Assembly (NCBI GenBank): GCA_028534125.1
Contig: CM052817.1
Span: 43,216,001 to 43,280,000, forward strand
DNA: 64,000 nucleotides
Source of the DNA: Lama glama
Lineage: Eukaryota
Direction: 5' to 3'
Part shown: positions 26,261 to 39,861 of the stretch, in pieces
How the letters are laid out: each line of letters begins with the position of its first letter
How positions within the stretch are numbered: position 1 is the stretch's first letter
Translations under genes and position numbers: made by a program
The notes under the pieces: generated by a model
The model's input: the letters and a program-made list of their open reading frames with translations, nothing else
The model's database searches: none
Told to the model about the DNA's origin: nothing

Positions 26261-28511
26261 GTGCACCTCAGAGCCCAATAATTTGACAGCAGCCTAAGAA
26301 ATATTTTGGGCTTTTTTTTTTTTTTGCTCTTCACCTAAACAGTGATGACCAAAAAGAGAAGAAAACAGAAAAGAACAAGAAAAGAAGCAGGAGAGGTCCA
26401 CTGTCATTTGCCATGTCAGCTGAGTTATTTTGTGCATATTCAGTTTGTATTTGCGTCTTCCTTGTGGGAAAAAAATGCCAGAAGATTACCAAGGAATAAT
26501 TGTGTTTTTGTGTAAGTGTGTGTGTTCTTGTGTATGTGTTTGTAATTGTTCATGTTGATGTAGGTATATCAACTCATATAAATATAGCCATATCTAGAGC
26601 TGACTTTAGTTAACTCTTCATCAACCCTCCTGAAATGAAAGACTTCAGTAATTCTCCTGATTCAGCAGTAATTATTTAGAATTGTAAGAAACGAGGTTGA
26701 GTCATTAACAAAACAGCCCATCCCTACTAATAAGAGAAAGGTAAACTGGGAAGGTCACTCCTCCACCCCAGAAATCTCATGACATCTAAATTGGGAGCTG
26801 GTGGCCATGTAAACAAATTCAAATTACCTTCCAGCAAAAACCTCAAACGACTTGTTTGCGATGGTTTCGGCTAGGAGACCTGAATCCAGATCAAACTCTA
26901 AAGCCACAGAAGTCCTGAAATAGCTGCAACAGAGACACAGTCATTACAGGAGGCTTAGGAAGGTTCAAAGGAGGTTAAAGAAAGAAAAAGAAAGAAGAGA
27001 AAAAGCGGCAGCAAGAGAAGCTGGTGGCGTTACCCATCCCTCCCGGAAATGTTGATGATATCCTCGGAAGAGGAAGGGGAAGGAGTTAGAGGGCAAAATG
27101 AGCAGCCTGGTCGGGGACAAAACAGGAAACAGGAGTGCTGATGAAACTGAACCGTAAATCAGGAAGAGAGCAGAGCCTCAAAGCCTCAGGGCTGTTAAAG
27201 ACACCGGAAGAGGGCAAAAGAAAAGTGGTGAGGACTGATTCCGAGTGAACTACGGATTAAATAATGCATTTACAAACAGATAATGAAGTCTCAGGTTTCC
27301 TATTGAAATGACCTGGAAACAGACTCAGGTCTATTAGAGTCATTCCAGGGGGTTCCTATTATACTAGATTTGCACTGGATCAAATAGTGCTTGAACTAAG
27401 CGGACCTTCACATTTAGGGGAATCCTTTTGTTGTTGATCTATAGAGATATCTCATGATAGTGTTGGTTAATAGTAATAGATAACGTTTAGGACGTTGTCC
27501 ATGTTGACCTAAATAAGGAGATAAACTAAGGCAAGCTCCCAGAATCTTTTTTTTTTCCTTTGCCAACCTTTAGAAGGGAGACAATGGTCAGTAAAATGCC
27601 CAGAATTTAGGAGCAACCCAAGGAAGGAAAAAAGGCGTCTAGGGACAATCAGTTCTAGAGTGGTAGAACATGAAATCCAGCTAGGATGTTATAAATTACG
27701 GAGTTCAATTCCCTTATTAAAGTGAGAAACATTCTGACGCCCCCTCAATTAACAGTCTTGCTAAAACTGTCTTAGTATGTGACAAAAATTACTTGACCAA
27801 ATAAGGGATGATGAGTAGTTATTTTTCTTATATTTACTTAATAATATTGAAATACTCTGGGGGAATTACTGGGTTAATAAGCTAATGTAACTAACATTGT
27901 TATTCATAAAATAACAACAATTTAGTGTGGTTAAGTGATTTGCCCAAGGTCACGTAACGAATTAGCTTTTTCAAATTTCTCCAAGCCTCATTTCATCCAG
28001 GAATTATACTATTGCCAGCAAGGCCCAAATTGGATTGAATTTCAGCTTATGTCATCTAGTGATAGTTGTTTGTAAAGGAATGAAAACTTTGCTTCGACAT
28101 CGAGATCTTATGTTTCTCATCTGGCTGCCACCCCAGTACTGTGGCATGTGGAGGAGACTTCCTCAAACAATCAGCACAGTTTGGGACGCTCCACTGCTCT
28201 TTCCTAACCCAGTTGGTTTGCCAGGCTCCTTGGGTTAGGAAATGAGCTCCTCAGGCACTGTTACTCAGATTTAAAGTCTTAAAGGCAAATTCTAAATAAA
28301 CAGAAAGTCCCGCAAATACACATATGGATTAGGTCAACACAAAACACCAAAAGGATTTTACTCGGAGCACAATTGTGTTGCCAAGAATTTGAGGACAGAT
28401 GTAGAAAGATGAACATGCTGTGACCACAGTGGAAGGACATTCTTCTGTGCTGAAAAAAATTCCGGGATGCCTTGTTTTATGCTGGTGTTGATGTCAATAT
28501 GCTTTTTAGTA

Positions 28512-28819
28512 CAGTCGGCCCTCTGTATTTGCGGTTCTGCCTCTGTGGATTCAATCAACCACAGGTGGAAAACGTTGAGAAAAAAATAGTTCCAGAAAGT
28601 TAAGTTCCAAAAAAGCAGAAGTTGAATTTGCTGCATGCTGCCAACTATTTACTTAGCATTTACATTATATTAAGTATTATAAGCAATCTAGAAATGATTT
28701 AAAATATATGGGAGGATATATGTAGGTTATACACAACCATGCCATTTTATGAGGGACTTGCACATCCGAGGATTTTGATATCCACGGGGGTCCTGAAACC
28801 AACCCCCTGTGAATACTGT
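28512..28819 (-). mobile_element. MER2/MER2B (TcMar-Tigger MITE)
   Basis: TA|CAGTCGGCCCTCTGTAT end; tctagaaatgatttaaa; ggattttgatatccacgggggtcctgaaaccaacccc. Confidence 0.85.
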
Positions 28820-29159
28820 AAATGCTTCTGGGCTAAGGCTCTCAGGGAAGAATTGTCAGCTTAGTTCCATGTAGGATGTGTTTCTAAACTAGACATCTAC
28901 GATTTCCTTTGATTTGGATTATGAGGCTCAAATATAATCACGTAATGAAACACTTGAAAATCATGTTGCTTTTTGCAGAATGAAATAAAATACAAATACT
29001 TGTTATAGAAAAAGTATATTGTTTTTTATTGAATCAAATATATTGTGTACTATTATGAAAAGCTGGTAATATTAAAATCAAAAGAATAGGAAATACTATG
29101 GAGGAAAATTTAAAATTGAGGAAATTCTATCCACTGACTTATCTTTTTTCTTAATATTT

Positions 29160-29657
29160 TGTGTGGAAGAGACTGCTTTTTGTCTACCTTTACTTCCCAT
29201 TTCCCCTTCCTCCTTAACAGAACCCTAATTTTTAGCTAGACACAGAGTCTCTGTGGAAAACTACATTTCCCAGCCTCCTTTGGGGCTAAGTGTGGCCACC
29301 TAACTATTTTCTGTCAATTTCATAAAAGCGACATTCCTAGCTGGGAAGTCCAGACAGGCTGCTGAAAGGGATTCTGCTCAGCTAGGAGGGGTCCTTTCTG
29401 CTTTTCCTTCTTCTGACCTGCAATGCAGATGTGATAAATGGAACTACAACAGCCCTGAGATGGCCTTAATTATAAAAGCCACGTGTTAGGACAATGGAGA
29501 AGAAAGATATGACACCCTGCAATGGCCATAGTTGGACTGTCTCCCTCCAGACTTCTTTTATCTGAGGGAAAAAATCTCCCCAAATTCTGACTTTGTTTAG
29601 GCACTGGTAGTGTATTTTTGTGTGTGTGTGCAGCAAAACCTAATCCTAACTGATACA
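29160..29657 (+). mobile_element. MaLR solo LTR (MLT1G/H-like)
   Basis: actacatttcccagcctcctt...tgtggccac...; 3' end aatcctaactgataca. Confidence 0.8.
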
Positions 29658-30739
29658 TTAGCAACAAAAAATCCTCTAATATTGAATTTTAGAGGTTGAA
29701 CACCTAAAACTACTAGTAGTCGGTATAATACTGAAGTATAGTTTGAACCACAGGTTTGGTTATTATTGTGTGCTTTCTTAGAGAAGCTATAAAAAAATGA
29801 TTTAAAATAACTTCTATTTTTAGTTTTGGAAATCTTGCTTTTACCAAAAAAAAAAAAAAAAAGAAGAAGAAGAAAAGGAGCATTTCATTAGATTTTATTA
29901 GTTTCTAGATTCATTCTCTCTCTCTCACTAATATCTAGCAATGGTCTAAGTTTCATGTTACTCAAAATATCTACTTTCCTACACATTTATAGACAAACAT
30001 AATTATTTCCATTTTTACAGAAGCAGCAACTGGATTTTCCTCTTCATTACATCATTCTGAGGTACATAAGACTATTATTATCACTAATACACATAAAGCA
30101 GAATCATGAAATGCTCACGTGATCCGAGCCAATCCCTTGAAAACAAGTTGGCACCTAGTAAGTACCTGCCGGCTGCCTGGATGGGTGACAGGGTGAGTGA
30201 ATGAATGAGAGATATGAGGCCTAGGTCAGTTAAAGGAAGTATCTGTCCCAACACTGGAATTAAAACTAGGATTTCCTCACTGCCAGTCTAATTTTTTTCC
30301 CCATTACACTATGCTGCTTCTCCCTAGAAATTCATTCTCTGGTTTGCTGAGTCGCCCCTTTGGGTGGACTGTCAGTGAAAGGCAATGTTCAGACGGTCAT
30401 CAATGGTGAACTTCAGCTGATGCCCAGCACAACACAGCACACACTGCAAAAGAGTTTGCTTCCACTGGCAGCTCTCCCAATCTTCACATATTAATACTGT
30501 GCCAACAGCCATTGTCCTTGACAAGTGACTAGGCTGGCAACATAGGATTCCCTCTAGCAAAGTCCTTCACATGGATAGCCAGCAAGGAGTTCCATTTCTA
30601 GCTGGGCCTGACCCCTTCACACAGCTAGACTGTTTCACTTGAGAAAACATTCCAGGAGGCTCTGCATTCTGGTGGTGGTGGTTTCTCTTGAGGGTTTAAA
30701 GATTTGAACAAGAAACACCTGAGCCATAGTGGACTTGAT

Positions 30740-30912
30740 ATAAAAATTTTTTAGATTTTTTTTTTTATTGAAGAATAGTTGATTTACAATGTTGTGTTAG
30801 TCTCTGGTGTACAGCATGGTGAATCAGTTACACACACCCACACATATATATTCTTTTTCACATTCTTTTTCATTATAGGTTACTACAAGTTATTGAATAT
30901 AGTTCCCTGTGT
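30740..30912 (-). mobile_element. Young 5'-truncated L1 with perfect 11-bp TSD
   Basis: T-rich tail plus attgaagaatagttgatttacaatgttgtg...ttgaatatagttccctgtg; GTGGACTTGAT at 30729-30739 and 30913-30923. Confidence 0.92.
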
Positions 30913-31674
30913 GTGGACTTGATTATTTAGAACATTTTATTCCTTTTTAACGAGCTGAGAAATGATTAAGAGCCAGAAAGACCTAAGACCATCACCCTGA
31001 TTGACCCTACAATATGTCTCGAAAGTCAAGGTACATCGTTTTGCAGATAACCAAGGTAGAAATATTAAGTGATTTCTCCTAAGTCATTTAATTAGTCGAT
31101 ATATTAACTATGAATTCTAAGTCCTGTATTAGGGAGCTAGTGGGAAGAAATTCTAAGCTTTCCACTTAACTAACTGTGTGGCTTCAAAGAAATTATTCTT
31201 TCTAAACCTCAATTTTAATATATTTGTAACTGGAATAATATTCTTTGACTCTCAAAGTTATTGAGGGTTTGAGTGAGATACTGTAAGGTGCCTAGCAATT
31301 TAGAAGCCTCTCAATTCCGTATTGTTTTCATCCCCTTCCCCTTTGATCTGAGCTCCATTTTCAGAAATTCTTGCCACATTCTGTGACCAAGTACAAATGC
31401 TGAGTAACTCCAAATAACCATTTTTCAAAACCTTCTTATTTTGCTTTAATGGACAGAAGTTTTGAAATTCCTGTAATATGTACTATTTACAAAAATAACC
31501 AAGTAGACACTTGGCCTGCTTCACTTGACCTGCGATCATTCTGGTTCTTTTGTGTACTTTTGGCCCAGATTCTGTAATAAGAATCAGAATATTGGGTAGA
31601 GAGGTTTTGGTGCCTGTCACTTTCTCACAATCAGGACCCAGAAGTCCTTTCTGATGCTTTTCCATAGTTTGCCT

Positions 31675-32600
31675 TTACATCATTCAGCAAGTATTTTTAA
31701 AGTTCCAACTATGTGCCAGGCGCTAATTGAGGTGCTAAGGATAGAGTAGTAAACAAAACAGATGAAAATCTTCTCTGTTGGATGGGGGGAGACAGACAAT
31801 AAACCAAATAAATATGGTGTATTGGTGTGTGATATGCATGATGGAGCAAAATAAGGCAGAAAAGGAGATATGGAGTGTCGGAACAGGAGTTTTGCAATTA
31901 ACATATAATGACTGGGAAAGGTCACACAAGAAGATAAACTAGTGAGGACTTGAAGGAGGCAGGCAGAGGTCTGGGAGGAGTATAAAAAGCACGGGAAGTA
32001 CTTAGACCCTGAAGAAGGAAAGTGCCCAGTATGTCCTAAAATAGCACAGCAGCGACAACGAAACAGAACATAGTAGAATACACAGGGAGGTGGGTACCGG
32101 GGCAGGGAGGGGCAAGATTGTGTATGGCCATGATAAGGACTTCTCGTCTTTCACTCTAAGTGAAATGAAAGCCTTTGGTGGATTTGAGCAGGGAGGTCAC
32201 ATGATATGACCATTCTGACTACTGTATTGAGAAATAGGCTGAAAAACGGTGAGACCAGTAAGGAGCCTATGGCAATAATCCAGTGAGAAACTTTGCAAAT
32301 ACTTGCTGTTGGATTGTATGTGAGGTGTGAGAGACAGAGAAGAGTCAAAAAGAACTCCCAGTTTTTTGGCATGAGGAAGAAAAAGATGGTGTTGCCATTA
32401 ACTTATGTGCAGAAGACTACAGGGACAACAGGTTTGGGAAAGGTCAACAGTTTGGTATGAGACATACTAAGTTTGAGATAATTATTAGAATACGAATAGA
32501 GATGCCATGTAGGCAATTGGATTTCACATGAGAGTATAGGGAAGAAATTTGGGCTGGAGAGATAAATTTGGGTGTTGACAGCCTATACAGGATATTTAAA
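31675..32600 (-). mobile_element. L2 (L2a-like), about 0.9 kb
   Basis: cattcagcaagtattt...ctatgtgccagg...gagaccagtaaggagc...taagtttgagat...gggctggagagataaatttgg. Confidence 0.85.
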
Positions 32601-32969
32601 GAAGAAAATATGAATGTATGTGTGTAGAGGCAGGCAGGTGGCTAAGACAGGTAAACAGAGAATTCAGTCTCATGGCTCAGAGAACCCGCTCCTTCAGATC
32701 ATTCGGATATAGGATGCCTGGGAAAGAGAAAAGGGAACCATTGAGTTCAACAGTTTTCAAATCTTTCCAGTGAAAAAGATGATCAGCTATAGGACAGAAC
32801 TGTCTAGACTGGGGTCTGGGGCTGGGCATGAGGAAGCTAAAGGGACTAATGGGTGAAATGTATAAAATAAGGCTACTCGGTGTGGCTGGGGACTCCCCGA
32901 CTCACCCACAGTGATTCAGAGACACTTGTTGGATGTTCAGACTTTGTAATATATTGCTCATGCAGCATG

Positions 32970-33930
32970 ATTTATCTGTTTACAACTTAAGAAAATTAAA
33001 GAGTACTCAGATTCAATAATTCTACTTCTTGACATGAACCCTAAAGAAATAAATTTAATTGTATCAAAATATTTATATGAACAGATATTCACCACAGTGC
33101 TATTTCTTAAAAACAAACAACAAACAAAAAACAACTGGAAACAATCTAAGTGCCCCAAGAGGGGGAATATTTAAATAAATTGTCATTTAACTCTAGGATG
33201 AACTATTACATAGCCATTAAAAGCAATATTTACAACAAAGCTTAGTGACATGGGAAATGACTATAGTATAACATTAGATAAATGTTAACATAAAACCATA
33301 TATAATAAAAAGAATGAAATAATGCCATTTGCAGCAACATGGATGGACCTAGAGATTATCATATTAAATGTAGTAAGTCAGAGAAAGACAAATATCATAT
33401 GATGTCGTGTATATGTGTAATCTAAAAAAAAATATAAATTTTATTTACAAACCAGAAATAGATTCACAGACATAGAAAACAAACTGTGATTACCAGAAGG
33501 GAAAGGAGGAAGGGATAAATGAGGAATTTGGGATTAATAGATACACATTACTGTATATAAAATAGGTAAACAACAAGGATCTACTGTGTAGCATGGGAAA
33601 TATATTCAGTTTCTTGTAATGAGCTGTAATGGGAAAGAATCTGAAAACATACATATGTAAGTACATGTATAGCTGAACCACTTTGCTGAACACCCAAAAC
33701 ATTGTAAGTTGACGCCTCTTTAATAAAAAATAAGAATTAAAGACAAACAATATATATGTAATATGATCTCAATTCTATATGTTCATGTATGTAGAGAACA
33801 CAGAATGAAAATAAATATACCCAGTCTATGTCAGTGGTGGACTTGTGTTTTTCCCTGTGTTTTACATCTCTGTTTTTCCAACTTTTCCATCAGGAGTAGA
33901 TGTTATTTTTATAATCATATTTAAAATTTT
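32970..33930 (+). mobile_element. Old L1M fragment hosting a younger L1
   Basis: caataattctacttct...aactggaaacaatctaagtg...tagccattaaaa. Confidence 0.65.
33305..33742 (+). mobile_element. Younger L1 3' end including ORF2-terminal remnant
   Basis: aaaagaatgaaataatgccatttgcagcaacatggatggacctagagattatc...aataaaaaa. Confidence 0.92.
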
Positions 33931-36017
33931 TGATAGAGAACTTTTTAAGCAAAGATTAAGAAATTCCTGAGTCAGCACCGGTTTCCCTTGGGTCTCTGGC
34001 TGCTGTTTCCTCTGCTCATTTCAATTATAGGCTCTGTGAGGTTGCCCCAATACTCGGTACCTTGTCCCAGAACAAATGGCCAAACGTGAGTGATTGGACA
34101 AAAGCCCTCAGGATGTTGAATAAGGGCTGAGCTGGTGGAAAACCTGTGACACAGGTGTGATGGATCCAGGAGTGATCTCCTTGGAGCTCTGAGCATTTCA
34201 TCCGCCTGAGATTCCACCCATTCAAGCTGGCTATGGGCCCTACAGTTTCCAAGCCACCTAGAACTCATCATTTGTGCCTGGCTGGCTTTAGTCACTTATA
34301 CTTCTGAATTCTTTGTAGTAGAGTCATTTCCTGTTTAAATCTCTTCAACTTTTCTTCTTTGACCCAGTACTGACTGAACAGTATCTCTGTTCTGCAATAC
34401 ATGAAAGATTCTTCAGAAAGTAAGCTGTTCATGATATGTTAGCCTGTCACAAAGAAAAGGCAAAGTAAATGAGAACTTCAGTTAGCCCATTGGGTTTGGG
34501 AGTGACCAGCAGTAATCGCAGGTGCTGCACCTACCCAAACTGGATTAGTGCATAGCATTTTCTGTGTTGGTAAATCCATCCAGCTTTTCCCTGGGAGGCT
34601 GACTGTAATATCCTTCTGCCCCTTTAAGACTGGGAAACCACCCAGGCCTCTGGCTCTTGGCAAGCAACAGATTGACTTCATGTTGTTACTCAGCATTTTG
34701 TTTCTTATTGAAATGCCAAGCTCTGCACAACCGGTTTGTAAAGTCTGAAGATCCTCTGGGCGCGCCCAGAAATGTAGCAGCCCGGGAAGAGAGAACTGAA
34801 AAGGATAGAGTGAGAATAGGAGAAAGGCTTTACAGCGCTGAGCAGCTTGAGTCAAACCCATGTCAACAGCCCAGACTCTCGTCACTCCCCAGGGCCTGTC
34901 TGCTCTCTTGTCTTGCAATCCCACCGACTCTCAGAGGAGCCGCTCTTATGCTGCCTTCCCAGCCTAATTTGCTCTGTTCTGTGTTCTTTAGGACACTTTT
35001 GCTTTTCTGTCTTGCTTATAAGTCTTCTTTGTATCCTACTTATTTACGTATGTATGTGCATTTCCCTACTAGATTGGAAGCATCCTAGACAATTAGAGTG
35101 ACCCAATTTAGTTTGCATCCCTCTTCATGAGCATACGGCCTTGCACTTTATTAAACAACAACAAAAAAATGCTTGAATTGAATGGGATTAAATCTCTGTC
35201 TAAAGAAATGATCTGATTTATAATAGATGTGAGAATGCTGACTCACACACAATTCCAGCCTTCCTTGGGTGGACCTGAAACCTTGGGTGGACCTAAATTA
35301 CTCCTGGGTTTGTTCCAGCTTTAGCAAAGGCGGTATTTCCCAGGGTTGCAATGGCTTATAGAAATCTCAGTCTTCAGTGACCTTTGTGTCTGTCTTTAAA
35401 CAGTAATGGAATCACATTCATTTTAATAGTTCATATACAAACATCACAAGATACTGAAAAGAGTAGCATGGCCTTGTTTAATGAAGAAAAGCAAATTCCT
35501 GAAGTGTTTTTTTTTTTAAGAAAATAAATTCCCAAGGCATACGGGATTAAATTCAACTGTCATTGTAGGTAGATAAAACGGAATGTGATAAATTAAAACA
35601 GTAATGTAGATCTATGCTTCTTAGCTTGGAAGAGTTCAGAATACTTTACTCAGTTTAAAAAAAATCTAAAAAGTAATATGTTTGTTATGATCCCATTCTT
35701 TTTGTAAAAATGAAATGAAACAAAAGATAGCTTCTATGTAAAATATGTGTACACTTTCCTGGAAAAAATTTGAACAATAATTTAGAAAATGAGTTCTCCT
35801 CTAGTTAAAGTGTTCATCACAAGGATTGGATACAGTACAATTAGCTAATTCTGAAACATCCTTTATATTAGCCACTCTTAGTGACAACTAAAACTGATCT
35901 GGAATTACCATCATCAGAATAGGAAAAAACCCTGCTACTTAACCTGGCTGTTACGGATACTGTTCTGTTAGGGGAAATGTGCAGCAGCCACAATAGGGAA
36001 TGAGGGTACTGAATGCG

Positions 36018-36172
36018 TTTCTTTCTTTCTTCCTTTCTTCCTTTCTTCCTTTCTTCTTTCTTTTTGCCGGAGGAAAGTAATTAGATTTATTTTAATGGAA
36101 GTACTGAGGATTGAACCCAGGACCTCGTACGTGCCAAGTACATGCTCTTACCACTGAGCTATACCTTCCCCC
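36018..36172 (-). mobile_element. Vic-1-type SINE with expanded TTTC/TTCC tail
   Basis: tggaagtactgaggattgaacccaggacctc...ccactgagctataccttcccc. Confidence 0.9.
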
Positions 36173-37370
36173 TGTTCTTGTACTTTTTGATTCACCTTTT
36201 TTTTTTTGAAAACTGGCAATAACCAGATACACTTACAATTATGAAAACATTTATTATTGAAATTACTGTGAAAAAAAAAACCCTGTTCTACTGTGAGTCT
36301 AAAACTTCTCTGTTCCTACTAAAATATTTTTTAAAATCTTGGTTTTAAATTTAAATTTATTTTTGAGAGACAATACATTCAAAAAGGACAACATCTAAAA
36401 GATACATAGTAGTATATGTAGTGAAAAATTTCTCTCCCATGTCTACTCTCCAGCCATCCTTCCCCAGGTTCAATGTTACCTCTTTCTTGATTTTTTTTTT
36501 GAGAATTTGAGATTTCTTAGGAACACACCTATTTTGCTGAATTTGAATAGCTAGACACTAAGACATTAACTGTAGCTATTTTCAAATGATAGGATTACAA
36601 GAACTATTTCTCTCTTTAGAGCTTTCTGTAGAAAATTTTTCCCATTGAGTAAAAGAATTAATGATAGTTTCCAAAACCACTTTATTGGACTCTGTGACAG
36701 CATGCATAAATTTGTATTGTCATCATTTTTTCATTACTCTGTTTCTCTGCTTCTGGTCCTTTTTCTTAACAGTATAGCTAATGCAAAGAAATTTCCTCTT
36801 AAGATACTTTTTCTTCCCTACTTCTCGATCAATACATCTATGTCATAATCTGAAAAATATTTCTTAGTGGAATTTCTGCTGTGGTTTCTGAGTATTAATT
36901 GACCCATACTAATTAAATAAAAATGAATAATATTGAATGTGGTCAAATCACTTAAAATATTTAAAGTAACAGCAATAAAGGCAACAACAAACTCTAAGGA
37001 GACACTTACTTTGCTGGGATGGGTAGGAAAATACCAGATTAATTTTTAAATGAGGTATTTTTTTCAAAAACTTGATGATTGGAGGTGGGATAAGTGATAA
37101 ACGGCCACATTTAAATCTTATAAATATTCATTCTGAGCTCCTTTCACTATACCTGGAGTCAAGTGTTTTTCCAGGTCTGTTCCAGATGTAGGAATTTGGG
37201 CAACAGTAACATTTACCCATAAATACAATGTATCTGCCTTGGAGCAGATCACCTCAGACCCAGGACAATACCAGCTCTAGTCTTGCTGTTCTGCTACCGA
37301 TAAATTCACCCCCAGATTTCACTTATGGTGTTTTCTCCTTTATACCCCCCACCTTGTTCTCGTGCATCTT

Positions 37371-37399
37371 TGTGTGTGTGTGTGTGTGTTTGTGTGTGT
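37371..37399. repeat. (TG)n microsatellite
   Basis: Direct inspection. Confidence 0.9.
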
Positions 37400-38817
37400 A
37401 GGAGGCTAATGTAAACCCAGGGTGGTGGAGGTGAGTGAGCCCTGCTATAGGATTTAGGGAGCCAGGAGTCTTGTCTAGTTCTCCCCTAAACTAGGTATCT
37501 CAGGCAAATCACTTCAGTATTTTGGTCCTTTAGCCCCTCATTCATCACACACTTGCTGAGCTCGTGCCATGGGGTGGAGACTGCTGAAGCACTAGGGTGC
37601 AGAGATGGATCCGGTGCACTCTGGGACTGCGCACTTGGCCCCTCTGCCTGTGCCTGAGGAGGCTAGGTCTCAGGACAGACGCTGAAGCGGTGAGTGGACA
37701 CAAGTCTGTGGCACTCCCCACACAAGTGTGGGCACCGTGACAACAGAGGAGCCAGGAGCAGAAGGCATGGAGTGTGGACATGAAATAACGCTCTGTAGGA
37801 TGGTGTCAGGGAAGCAAAATGTGGCAGCAGCGTCTTGGCTCTGTGCCCTTGGACCACACAGGCCATCGCGAGGGCTGCCGTGGTCAGGAGGCAAAGCAAG
37901 TGTGTGTATCTAGGGTGGACATCAGCTGAAGGCATTTCACCAACGTAGCACAATTTGTTATGACAAACAACTGACTGTCGAAGCAAGGATGTGGGCTCAT
38001 ATTAGCCTCGGGTTGGAGAGGAAGTCAAGGAGAGTATGGTGAATTTGAAGCAAGTCATTTCATAAAATTACCCACCCCCCCGCCCCAGTTCTGTGGAGTA
38101 AGGGGATTTCTCTCCCCAGGACCTAGCTCTCTTCAAGTTGTGACACTTCCTGGACAAATGTGTGAAAGGAATTTGGAAGTATATCCTGGGCAGCATATCC
38201 TAGGTGGAGAATTGGGAAAGACTGGTAACCAAGAGCTGAGCACTTTGTCTCTTAAACTAATAATGACACATAGAACGTTGCAATGGGGTGAGTAGTCTTA
38301 CCAACATTTTTACTCATTGAGAGGACTCACGCTGAGTCCGGATGGAGTGAAGCTTTAAGGGGAGGAGGTGAGTTCTGTCCCAGCCCCAGATCACCAGCAG
38401 TGGTAACTATGTGATCCAGCCCTCGGAGAAGAGTCGGGGGTTCCTCTTGGCAAAAGGAAAGCTGAGGGGAGAGAGACCCCCGGTCGGAAGAAAGATACAC
38501 ATGCCTTTGAATCCCAGCTGGTGCTCTGATTGGTGACCCTTGTTTTTTATTTTTTCACCTGTAAAATAGTAATTATATTTAACTGAAAACATTGTTGAGA
38601 GGATTAAAATAGAAGATATGTGTCAATTCCTGGCATGAAGTAAACACTCAGCAAATTATAGAGAGTATTCTTTATGATTAAGACTCCCATAGGAGGGGCG
38701 GGTAAATTCATGGCTGCAAGTGGAGCAGTCAGGAGAGAACTCGAGAAGAAGTGGACTGGGGCCTGAGGTAACAGGTGAGATTTCTGACAGGGAGATGTGT
38801 TGCATCAACAAGTAACA

Positions 38818-39068
38818 TGGTGGGTGGCTGGAAAGGAGGATAAACTGGGAGTTCGGGATTTGCAGACACTAACTACTATATATAAAATAGATAAACAACA
38901 AGGCCCTACTATATGGCACAGGGAACTATATTCAATATCTTGTAGTAGCCTATAATGAAAAAGAATATGAAAAGAAATACATATACATATATATATATAT
39001 GAATCACTACGCTGTGCACCAGAACTTAACACATCGTAAACTGACTATACTTCAATTAAAAAAAAAAA
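38818..39068 (+). mobile_element. Young 5'-truncated L1
   Basis: ggataaactgggagttcgggatttgcaga...ctgactatacttcaatt plus poly(A); TSD AAGTAACA. Confidence 0.92.
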
Positions 39069-39861
39069 AGTAACACAGGTTTTTATCCAGTCATCTTAGA
39101 GGCTGGGGCATCTGACTGTCAAAAATGAGCCCCGTGGGTGGAAGAGGTAATACTGCAGGTTGCTGAGACGTGTGATGTGTGAGCTCTGCTGAATCCTCAG
39201 GGCACAAAGGGCAGAGGGGAAACGAGGTTTGCCAGGTCCTGATGACAGAGTCCAGACATGACTAATTTATACCGGAAACACAGTGGCAGAAAATTGAGTA
39301 TATTTTAAAAAACTGAGTCAATGATAAATGGTTTCTTAGAAATGCAGCTCTTTGCCACCAAACTGTTTAACCCCTGTGATTAGACCCCAGTGAGTGTCAG
39401 ACGCTCATACTGCCTCACAAAATGTGTGATATAGATACCCTTTTGTCTTCTCAGGACAGAAATAACTTTCTTTTAAGAAGGATAAAACCAACATATACTC
39501 CTTGCAAAATAAATGCGTAAATAGTATAGGCAAGTATAAAGAAGGTGAAAAATCACTTTAATTTTCATTGATTTGATTACCAGTGAAGTAAAACTTTTTG
39601 TAAATGAGTCATTTCCGCTGGTGTGAATTGCTCACTTTAATGTTACCCTAAAAAAAAAATTATGTAACTGCTAGATGGCTTGCGTTCCTCCTTATGGGCT
39701 TGTGGAAGGGTTTTCTGTAGTAAGGACATTGAATCTCTGTCATGCATTCCAGTCTTCTTCTGGTCTGTCATCTGTCTTTTCACTTTTGATGTTCTATCTT
39801 ACGTAGAAGTTCTAAGTTTTTGCTTTTCTTTTCAGTCAGTATTTCCACTTTTTAAATGTCC

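Noticed and set aside
34341..34425. Plus-strand exon-like segment (...gacccag|...AAA|gtaagc)
   Set aside because: Weak donor exon context, no partner exons, unrecognised peptide
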